NCBI GenBank assembly: GCA_013265495.1
Contig: MU057648.1
Coordinates: 62,001-126,000, forward strand
Direction: 5' to 3'
Source: Vicugna vicugna
Lineage: Eukaryota
Length of the DNA: 64,000 nt
Shown here piece after piece: positions 50,690 through 60,595 of the stretch. Position 1 is the stretch's first letter. Each line of letters opens with the position of its first letter. The notes under the pieces were generated by a model. The model was given only the letters and a program-made list of their open reading frames with translations. It ran no database searches and was not told where the DNA came from. A program made the position numbers and the translations under genes.

Positions 50690-52340
50690 TGCCCAGCCGG
50701 GTCAGCAATTGGTCCCAGGCGGCTCACCCGGAGCCTCCTCTCCCTGCCCGGTGCCCGACCCAGCTGGCGAAAGCGGTGTCGGCTGAGCGGCAGGGAAACC
50801 ACTGCTTCTTTCTGACTTAGAAACGTAGACCCCATTTTTCCTGGATCCTCTGGATTCCAGAAGAGTGAAATTTTGCAGCTGGTTTCAGCTCCACCTTGAG
50901 TGAAGACAGAGCACATCAACTTAAAGATAAAACCCGCAGACTTGTTTTGAAGATGATCAGAGACAACGTGACATATAGCTTTACCATGGAAATCGTCAGG
51001 GAGCTTCTCCTTCCCGCTCTTCTTTACCTTTTCCTGGGTGTCATACATTAGGCTTAGCATTTGTAATTGCATCAAATGATTCACCTAATGCTTGTCTGGC
51101 GAGAGGTGAAATTGATCTTTCCACCTCACCTCTGCTCTGCTGGCGACCTTGAACATATTGTGAGTAGCTAGGAGACAGAAAAGGGCAGAAAGGGGAGAGG
51201 ACGATCAGAAATGAACCAATATAATCTCATTTTTATAAAAAGCTACCAGTGTGTTAAAAGGAGTTGTGCTGTCTGAAATGAACAATTTAAAAAAAGATGG
51301 ATAGAGGCTTTCCCTTTTATGATCCTATTCAGTGGCTATTTACATTTCATTTCCTGTGAAGTTTTTCACCCCCCACAATGGAGCAGGTTTTTTAAAAAGC
51401 AGGAAAGGTTTAAAAATGAGCTTCAGGGATTGACCACACTAGGTTACAGTGAAGCAGAGTTCTTTTGCTTGCTGGAAGAAGCACCAGCTTCAGCCATTTA
51501 TTTTACTACAGAGGATGCCTCCTTGCAAAGTCAGCTCTGAGTTGTTTTTAATACACTGTTATGGGGGAAAGCGGGCCTTTTCTTTTCTGAATGTTGAGCT
51601 AAATGTCTGAGTCCCAACTTAACTGTTCTCTGCTGAATACCTAATGGTGATTGACTCCCTGTCCTGACCCCTGGAATTTGGTTGATGGGGCTGTCTTGAA
51701 GCCAGCTTGAAACCAGAGTGAAGGGGACCTGCCAAAAGCCTCTTAGATGGAGCTTTGCTGGCTGTGAAACTAAGGCTAGCACCTCTTGTCTGCAAGCTGT
51801 TCTTCAAAGGACTCCTAGAAAACATACTGCACACTCTGCAGGCTTATTTACAACAAATGTCTTGCACAGATCGTAGTAATGTTCAGGACACATGGAATGG
51901 AGCAGTACATCTGACTAATATTTCCCATGTAATATTTTACTTTCTGGGGCAGGAAGCCCATGACCCTTAGCATCTGTCAGAGATTCCCCAAGAAAGGAAC
52001 GGTAAGCAGCCTGGAAATCTTGAGAAGCCCATGCACCTGGCTTTGGACAGTTGGATGCAATGGGAGTTTTCAGAACAAATGGTGTGTTTCAATGTTCCTT
52101 AAGTTCTCCCAGCCCAGGAAGGTTCCCATTCCTTAAAAGCCAGAAGAGGTGCACTCTGGGGACATGTTTGCTGAGTAGTCTTACCACACTCTCAGCGTTG
52201 GCCCTACATTGTTCTTACATATGCAAATAATTTTTTTTTTTGTTCTGAAAAATAAAAATCTCTTCCCTTTACAGAACTAAAATCTGCCTCACTTGGTCCT
52301 GGAGTCACATTAACAGTTTCCACAAAACAGAGAGAAGGGA
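50690..52340 (+). pseudogene. Putative decayed Mab-21/cGAS-like (cGLR) nucleotidyltransferase gene, long exon with many stops and frameshifts
   Basis: Acceptor ttttaactgcgcctgcag ending 50689, then ordered Mab21-like motifs across frames: TSVLKGVVLSEMNN/EAFPFMIL, QWSRF, EFFCLLEEA, VELNV*VP, S*P, DGALLAVK, CKLFFKGLLENIL, RK..SLEILRS, FRT...FQC, LGTCLLSSLTTL..LHCSYICK*FF, FFVLKNKNLF. By-eye comparison only. Confidence 0.6.
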
Positions 52341-53679
52341 ACTGAGTGTTGGGTGCCCCGGCCTGTCCACAACTCATTAGGCAGTGGCATGTGATTTCAG
52401 CAGCAGGCCCTGCAACAAGGCTGCCTAGTCAAAAGTCCGTTTTCTACTACTCATCAGCTGAGTGACCTTTGGGTGAGTCTCTTCCCTTCCCTGAACCTTA
52501 GTTTCCTCACCTATAATACCTGGTACCTATTTTGAGTTCCAGACCTGAAAGTACAATTACTTTCCTAGACACCTCCACCCGTGTCTTTCACTGACCCCTC
52601 CAAATCAACATGAGCAAAACAGGGTACCTCCTGTGCAGAACCAGCTACAAGATTTGCAAGGGCGCAGCGTGAAATCAAAGTGCAGAGCGCCTTCTTAAAA
52701 CATTAGGAAGAATTCAAGACAGCAATGGAGCAGTAGATCAAGCACAGGGCCATGGGTGACTGGGCCGGCCAGGTCACACGCCCCATGACACTGGCCTTGC
52801 TCCTGTGTTCCTTTGATGAACCAGCCACTGCTGTCCCCTTAGGTCCTTCCCTCTCCTCTTGCCCGGTCACACCCTCCATGCTCCCATCATAATGGACTTC
52901 TGTCATTCTCTTAATGTCCCAAACTTTTGCCTCTGGCCTGGATAATCTTTCTCCTTTCTCTTTGCCAGCCCCTCTCCTTTTATCCTCAGATCGTTTCTGA
53001 AACACTGCACGGTCTTCTGCTGTGAGCACCACATGACCCTAGTTTTCCTCACACCTCTCTGGCAAATTCCTTCCAAGTCTTCACAAGCTCGCTGTCCCCA
53101 ACCTGGTTTTCATTTTACTCCATTTTTCATTGTTTGTAGAATCACTAGGTTTTTATTTTGTTTTAGCTTTAATTGAAAGTAGATAATAAAAAATGCATTG
53201 TTCAAAACAAGCACGTTAGTCACTGCTTAAAGTCTGTATCCGTCTCTAAAGGGTAAGTTCTATGACCATGAACTTGGGTCCGGTCTCATTCACAAGGACC
53301 TCAAATTTAAAATTTAGAGGCAATCTCCAAATGGAGTTGAGAGGCCTGAAGGAAGAAAACATCAAACAACCTTACAAAATTTTGTCTACTTCCTAGACCA
53401 CACCACCTTGGTGTGACTATTTGTATAAATCTTGTAATTATCCTTTGAGGAACACAATAAGGAATCTGCGTACATATATTAAAAGCTCAAACGCGTTAAA
53501 CGTACGTTTAAAAATACACCACGAATTCTGTAACTCTACTTGGCGTTTCGTCAGTTTTCAACCTACCGCTAAGGCTCAGAAAGTAAGTGGTCTCTCAGGC
53601 CTCTCCACCTATGTGAGGATAAAAGCCTGCTTTTGCTCTATTTATTCCAGTATCAGCGAATGGACCAAAGGAAAAGCCA

Positions 53680-54430
53680 ACGGCCAGCGGCGAATCGAGC
53701 GCAGCCTCCCTTACCGCCCCTGGCGGCCGCTTCTCAGTCAAAAGAACCAGGTTCCAACGACACCAGCAACCGTTTCCGTGGCAACGCAATTCACGCGGCC
53801 TCACTGAGGAGTGCGGCTCCTCTCTGCATCCCAGAAGGCGCTGCGCTGCCTCTAAGCCTTCCGCCCCCTTCCATCCCAACATGCAATGGGGCTCATGACG
53901 TCAAACGTTCGTTATCAGGATGATTATAGAAATGCCTGAATAGCCGCCTTCGCTTAAACATTAAAAATGTACGTAATAAGCTCATGTGTAAGAAAAGTCC
54001 CAAAGAGCGGCCTTAGTGATTTTTTCCAGAGGTTTTAGTTTTAAATCTTGACAAGAAACTCCCATCTTTCCCTAGATTCTCTCAGGCACCTCCTTGGGCA
54101 GCCCGCGCAGGCCGGCAGCGTTGGGGACCTCGGGGTCCTAGGCAGGGCACATGCGGGGGAAGTGGCGCTGTCTGTCCGCGCGGCGGTTGTAAACCCTTCA
54201 GCGTGGAGCCATGGGAGGCCTAGAGAAAAAGAAGGTGAAGAGCGAGAGGCCTCGGTGGGAGTGTCGGTAGGGGGGTGCTCCGGGATGTAAGAGACAGGAC
54301 CAGCAGAGCCTGGGGACTGCTCCTTTCCCCGGCCTTGGTCCCTCGTAGGTGTAGAAGCGGCTGGGATCAATGCGACATGAGACAGTAGCCAGAAGGGGTC
54401 CAAAGGTGGGCGAGGGCGGCAGTTACTCCT
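53680..54430 (+). promoter_or_regulatory. PES1 promoter CpG island
   Basis: CpG-rich; X-box GTTTCCGTGGCAAC 53772-53785; CRE TGACGTCA 53896-53903; CACATG E-box and GGAAGT ETS site near 54148-54163. Confidence 0.8.
54211..54234 (+). CDS. PES1: Pescadillo homolog, coding exon 1
   Basis: GCCATGG; MGGLEKKK; donor AAG|GTGAAG. Confidence 0.93.
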
Positions 54431-55236
54431 CCGGTGAAATCCAGGATAGAATTCTAGAGTAGAGCTGTGTAAGAGAGTTGAGGTTACCAAGCAAAGCTGC
54501 ACGCCCCCAGTCAGGCCGAGCCAAAAGACCGTTTACTGAAAGACTGATGAATATTTCGTAGAGCCCACCATGATGTCCATTTTATCATTTCTAAAACTTG
54601 TTACTCCCTTTTCTACTGAACCAGGCCCTGTCCTAGACACGGGGGATGGAGACATAAACAATCAGATGTGGTCCCTGCATTCCCCAAGCTCATTTTCTGG
54701 TGGGGGAGATGGACAGTAAAGTAAGCAATCAGATAAGATGATCACTGACAAGCCTGGCAGGGGAAACTAAGTGCCAGGAATCTTAGTTGGGAAAGGGTCG
54801 CTGTGTGCAAGGAATCGGAAGGACGTCAGGATGGCTGGGGTATAGTAAACCAGGGGAAGAATGGTATCTAGTGTGGTTGGGGTTGGACAAGGACCAGGTC
54901 ATACAAGGCCTGTCAGGCACAGTGAGGAGATTGGCTTTTATTCAAAATGCAGTAGGAATCAACTACTTCTAAGTGCTTCGCATAGCACCAGATCCACAGC
55001 AACCCTGTGGTCCCTGAATCATGCAGATGTATGTGTCCTCTGTGCTGACAGCTGAAGATAGTGCAGGAGAGCTCCTTCAGGCATGTGGGCTCCCTCCCCA
55101 TGGTGTTTTTTGTCCCAGGAGCCTTTTCGCCACTTATCCAAGGTGATAGTTGCCTCTGGCATGAGGAATATCCAGAGATTGCTGTCTATCACTGCAATCA
55201 TTGCTAATGGAGAATTGTTTTTTTTTCCTCCCCAAG

Positions 55237-55316
55237 TATGAGCGAGGCTCTGCCACCAACTACATCACCCGAAACAAAGCCCGGAAGAAGCTGCAGCTCA
55301 GCCTGGCCGACTTCAG
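55237..55316 (+). CDS. PES1: Pescadillo homolog, exon 2 (80 nt)
   Basis: [26 protein letters not shown](R); AG/GT flanks. Confidence 0.96.
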
Positions 55317-55765
55317 GTGAGGTTGGAGAGGAGAGGGGGACCTCTGGATGCCTGGGCAGTGCATTACGCAGCTAAAACTCAGCCACACCCCTGTCTAAGC
55401 TGCACTGCTACAGACTCTGTTTGGGATTCTGATGTTCCTCCTCTTTCTTGCCTGGCCTTGCTTTGGTGAGCTGTGCTTTGCCAACTGTGGTCCATGGGGA
55501 ATCTGGAGCACTGGGTCATGCTGCCCTTAGTCATCAGAATGGACCTGCTGGTACTATGCACTCTCCCCCATCCTCTCCCTTCTGGCAGTAGAGACCCCTT
55601 AATCTTGCAGCTGGGGGTTCTCAGCACCTCAGAGAGTGAAGTCCAGACTCCTCCACAGCCTGTGGGTCCTACCGCCTGGCCCACTTCTCATCTTCCAAGC
55701 ATACCCAGCACTTTCCAGTCTTACTGCCTTTGTCCTTCTGAGGATGCTCTTCCCTCTGCCCTTTA

Positions 55766-57623
55766 TAGGCAGACCTCAGAGATACTGTGATTTGGTTTCA
55801 CTGCAGTAAAGTGAATGTCACAGTGAAGCAAGGCATGTGAATGTTTTGGTTTCCCAATGTGTAAGAGTTATGTACTGTATTATATACTGTACCATAGTCT
55901 ATTAGGTGTGCAACAGTATTATGTCTAAAAAGCAATGTCTTAACTTAAAATATTTTGCTGGTAAGAAATGCTGATCGTTTTCTGAGCTTTCAGGGAGTCA
56001 TCATCTTTTTTTACTCTTGGAGGGTCCTGCCTCGATGTTGATGGCTGCTGAGTGATCAGGGTGGTGGTTGCTGAAGGTTGGGCTGTGAGTGACAACTTCT
56101 TAAAATAGGATAACAATGAAGTTTGCCGCATTGACTGACTCTTCCTTTCATGAACGTTTCTCTGTAGCACCCAGTGCTGTTTGATAGCATTTTACCCATA
56201 GTGGAGCTTCTGTCAAAATTTGACTTAATCCTCTTCAAACCCCACTGCTGTTTTACCAACTAAGTTTACATAATATTCGGAATCTTTTGTTGTCATTTCA
56301 ACAGTCTTCACAGCTTCTTCACCAGGAGTAGATTCCATCTCAAGAACCTCTGTTCATCCTTAAGAAGCAGCTCCTCACCTGTTAAAGTTTGATCATGAGG
56401 TTGGCGCAGTTCAGTCCCACCTCAGGCTCCACTTCTGGCTCCAGTTCTCTTGCTATTTCTACCACATCTGCAGTGACTTCCTCCACTGAAGTCTTAAACC
56501 CCTTAAAGTCACCCACGAGGGTTGGGAGCAACTTCCTACAAACTCCTGTTAATGTTGATATTTTGACCTCTTCCTTTGAATCATGAATGTTCTTAATGAC
56601 CTCTAGAAGGGTGAATCCTCTTCAGAAGGCTTTCAATTGACTTTGGCCAGATCTGTCAGAGGAATCACTATCTATGGCAGCTACAGCCTTATGAAATCTA
56701 TTTCTTAATTAGTAAGACCTGAAAGTTGAAGTTAGTCCTTGATCCACGGACTGCAGAATGGATATTTTGGTAGCAGGCATGAAAACAACCTTGCAGTTTC
56801 TATATCAGTATTTGCTGCTCACCCTACTCCTCATGAACCAATCTCAGCTGGCATCACACTTTTTCCTGCAGCTTCCTCACCTCTCTCAGCCTTCATAGAA
56901 TCAAAGAGAGCAGGGCCTTGCTCTGGATTAGGCTTTGACTTAAGGGGATGTTATAGCTCATTTGATCTTCTGTCCAGTCCACTTAAACTTTCTCCATATC
57001 AGCAATAAGGCTGTTTTGCTTTCTTACCATTCATGTGTTGATTAGAATAGCATTCTAAATTTCCTTCAGGGGCTTTTCCTTTGCATTCACAACTTGGCTG
57101 ACTGTGGTGCAAAAAGCCTAGCTTTCAACCTGTCTTGGCTCTCAATGTGCCTTCGTCACCAAGCTTAATCATTTCTAGCTTTTTATTTAAAGTAGGGGAC
57201 GTGTGACTCTTCCTTCCACTTGAACACTTAGAGGCTGTTGTGGGGTTATTTATTAGCCTAATCTCAATATTGTGTCTCAGGAAATAGAGAGGCCCAAGGA
57301 GAGGGAGAGAGATGGGAAAGGCCATCAGTGGAGCAGTCAGAACACACACAACATTTATTGATCAAGTTCACCATCTTATATTTGTGTGATTCATGGAGCC
57401 CCCAAAATTATTATAACAACAATTTCAAAGATCACAGATCACCATACCAAATACAATAATGATGAAAGAGTTTTGAGATATTGTGAGAATTACCAAAATG
57501 TGATACAGAGACGTGAAGTGGGCAAATGCTGTTGGACAGTGGTGCCAGTAGAGTTGCTCAGCACAGGGTTGCCTCAGACCTTCAATGTATAAAAAAAAAA
57601 CTCCATAAAATGAGGTATGCCTG
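55766..57623 (-). mobile_element. Tigger1 DNA transposon, internally deleted, in PES1 intron 2
   Basis: Terminal inverted repeats taggcagacctc / gaggtatgcctg with TA flanks. Transposase remnants KCSSGRKSHTSPTLNKKLEMIKL and HERKSQSMRQTSLLSYFKKL on the - strand. Confidence 0.9.
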
Positions 57624-57908
57624 TATGTGGCCAAAATGTTGATTTCTCAGGGAGACTTTTCCTGACTCCTCTTGCTGAAGGGAGTGCCTGCCGGTGTGGC
57701 CCCTGGCAGTATCCTGATGTTTCTTTCTGGTACTCAGGACAGTCTGCACTCTGTTTTTCAGGGAGCTCATGATTATCAGACTCTTGCACCGGGATGGGAG
57801 TTCCTTAAAGTCAGGGCGCCCATGTTCTGTGTTCCCTGCTATTTCCAGGCCTCACATGGCCAGCACTCAGCACAGGTACTGACAGAAGGAATGGCCTTTG
57901 TTTTTCAG

Positions 57909-58062
57909 ACGGCTGTGCATCTTGAAGGGCATTTATCCCCATGAACCCAAACACAAGAAGAAGGTTAACAAGGGCTCCACGGCAGCCCGAACCTTTTACC
58001 TTATTAAAGACATCAAATTCCTCCTCCATGAACCCATTGTCAACAAGTTTCGGGAATACAAG
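57909..58062 (+). CDS. PES1: Pescadillo homolog, exon 3 (154 nt)
   Basis: [51 protein letters not shown]. Confidence 0.97.
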
Positions 58063-58347
58063 GTGAGGCCTGGGCTCTGGGGGTCTGGGTGGGGCCCTTC
58101 GCTGCTCTGTGCAGCCCCACTAACACTGACCTTGGGCAGATTGTTTAAACTCTGAGCAAGCCTGTGTGAAGGGTGAGGTAATTCTACCTCAAAGGGATTG
58201 ACTGAGATCTCAGGTGTGCAGATCATTTCCACGGGACCTGGCCAATGGTTAATGTTTCACCTGTCATACTTTCCCCTGGTTCTTTTGGAAAAGAGTAAAT
58301 TTGTTGCCTCTGAGACAGATTGTGGTCTTTCAGGGGTTCTCTGGTAG

Positions 58348-58456
58348 TTTTTCTTTCTTTTTTTTTTTTTTTTTAAATGGAGGTGCTGGGGATTGAACCC
58401 AGGACCTCACACATGCCAAGCATGTGCTCTACTGCTGAGCTCTACCCTCTTCCCCC
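58348..58456 (-). mobile_element. tRNA-Ala-derived SINE (vic-1-like)
   Basis: Poly-T then ggaggtgctggggattgaacccaggacc...ctctactgctgagct; tctctggt repeated on both flanks. Confidence 0.85.
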
Positions 58457-59253
58457 ATCTCTGGTGTGTTTTCTGCCCAAAGAAACCCCTCCTATTTGGG
58501 TTCTTTTTCCCGAGACCAAGCTTTTCATTTTGCAAATAGAAACCGTTAAATGCTTAACTACCACGGGAAAAGTAGATGCCTAATTCTACCAAACCGAATG
58601 CAAATGATCGAAGCCTTTGCAGAGAAGCAGGGCCGGGCTGGGGGGCCTGCTCACCAGAGCCCACTAAGGCGGGTGCCTCTTCTGCTGCTGGGTTTGGCGG
58701 CCACTAAACTCACCACGTGGGGAGTGGGCCCCCGTGGGACTGGCTGCCTCAGAGCTGCTGCTCTGACCCCAACGGAGGTGGCCTCTGAGCCTCTGAAGAG
58801 CACTGAGGGCAGGCCTGACCTGCAGCACTCAGAGGGAGAAAGTCAGTCGGTTTGGAGGACTTTTGGGGCCCCCACCAGCCTCGGCTGCGTTTTCCTGTGT
58901 GGCTCAGCCCCACACATGCAGACTGGTGTGAGAACGAAGGCCCAAGCCCCCGGCTCTGAACTGCCTCACTCCTCAGCTGGAGAATAGGGCTGAAAATGTT
59001 ATACCTCCATGTAAATAGGTGGAGTCAGCACGACTGAGTGGGCATCCCTGTCCATCCATCGCTGGGGTGCTGTGGGCGGGCTCGTCTTCAGCCTGGGTCA
59101 GGTTTGCTGCTCCTTGGAGTCGGCTGTTGTGCAGATCCTGGGCTGGGGGCCGGGTCATACAGGCAGACAGCGTGGTCAGCTGCAAGCGGCCTCGTGTGTC
59201 CTCCTGCCCCGGGTATTCTCCTGCACCCAAGAGGGTCTCGTCCTCTCTTCCAG

Positions 59254-59363
59254 GTGTTTGTCCGGAAGCTGCGCAAGGCCTATGGGAAGAGTGAGTGGAA
59301 CACAGTCGAGCGGCTGAAGGACAACAAGCCCAACTACAAGCTCGACCACATCGTCAAGGAGCG
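59254..59363 (+). CDS. PES1: Pescadillo homolog, exon 4 (110 nt)
   Basis: [36 protein letters not shown](R). Confidence 0.97.
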
Positions 59364-59781
59364 GTGAGCAGGGGGCTCTGACCTGGTGCTGGGGATTTGG
59401 TGGGAATGAGACCAAGACCCCGCTCACAGAGCTGGCATCCTCTTGGAGGAAGCAGGCTAAAAGCAAACTGGCAAGTTTTTCTAATGCAATTCCATGTGTG
59501 TGCCGTGAGGGATGCCAACCTTGAAGGGAACTGGAGGACACACGTCAGTTACAGGCTTGTCAGAGGAGATGTCTCAGAGGGGAGCCATTTGAGCCAGCCA
59601 GGGGAAGTGTGGTTCATGCTGTGCAAAGAGCAAGTGCAAAGGCCCTGTGGTGGGAGAGAGCTGGAGTTCCGGGGTACACATGGGATGCATGATTAGCCCT
59701 GGAAGACGTAGCTGGACACCTCTGATCTTAACCTTTTTCTTGCCCAGCCTTCTCAGCAGTCCCCCTCATTCATCGGCTAAA

Positions 59782-60002
59782 TCAGTGGTTCTTAGCCTGG
59801 GGTCATTTTGCCTCCCAAGGGACACCTAGCAATGTCTAGGGATGTTTCTGTTTCTCATGACTTGGATGGCAGGGGGTCTACTAGTATTTAATGAATAGAA
59901 GCCAGAGGTACAGCTAAACACTCTACAGTATAATAGGACAACCCCCTACGGCACAGAAAACCTGGCCCAGTATGTCAGTAGTGGTGAGGTTCAGACACCC
60001 TG
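59782..60002. mobile_element. MER20-like hAT transposon
   Basis: cagtggttcttagcctggggtcattttgcctcccaagggacacctagcaatgtct...gttcagacaccctg. Confidence 0.7.
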
Positions 60003-60251
60003 GACTGCCTAAAATCTCTTGTCTTCTCTTGGGGTCTGATGGCCTGGGAAACTTAGCTCCAGACTGGATGGATTTGACTCCACCCTGGTCCCCTAGGGCA
60101 GCTTCAGCCTTTTCCCAGCTGTCTGTTCAGGAGATGGTGGTGGCGGGTCCTGACCCAGGGAATGGGGCCTTGGAATGGCTAACAGGCTGGGGCCAGGAGG
60201 TCAGAGCCTGGGCTGAGTGACCCCGTGAGTGCTGCCTTCCTGGCCCCGCAG

Positions 60252-60423
60252 GTACCCAACATTCATAGATGCCTTGCGGGACCTGGACGATGCCCTCTCC
60301 ATGTGCTTCCTCTTCTCCACATTCCCACGGACTGGCAAGTGCCACGTGCACACCATCCAGCTGTGCCGCCGGCTCGCTGTGGAGTTCATGCACTACGTCA
60401 TCGCTGCCCGTGCCCTGCGCAAG
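60252..60423 (+). CDS. PES1: Pescadillo homolog, exon 5 (172 nt)
   Basis: [57 protein letters not shown]. Confidence 0.97.
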
Positions 60424-60505
60424 GTGAGCCCGGGGTGCCTGGGAGGCCCCAGCCTGCTCCCTGCCCTGCCGCCCGTGTTCTCACCATGCTGTCCCTCCGC
60501 CGCAG

Positions 60506-60595
60506 GTCTTCCTGTCCATCAAAGGCATCTACTACCAGGCCGAGGTGCTGGGGCAGCCCATTGTGTGGATCACGCCCTATACCTTCTCCCACGAT
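60506..60595 (+). CDS. PES1: Pescadillo homolog, exon 6 (90 nt)
   Basis: [30 protein letters not shown]. Confidence 0.97.

Noticed and set aside
50674..51084. 136-aa minus-strand ORF (MNHLMQLQ...)
   Set aside because: No recognisable family; better explained as an antisense shadow of the decayed + strand coding sequence.
52002..52007. GTAAGC as a splice donor ending the Mab21-like exon
   Set aside because: Mab21-like motifs continue immediately downstream to about 52265, so the exon appears to read through; not fully excluded.
52251..52256. AATAAA as a polyA signal
   Set aside because: It falls inside the codons for the KNKNLF motif; more likely coincidental, though a present-day non-coding transcript could use it.
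55940..57349. Domesticated TIGD-like transposase gene
   Set aside because: Fragmented frames, internal deletion and retained terminal repeats: an ordinary dead Tigger1.
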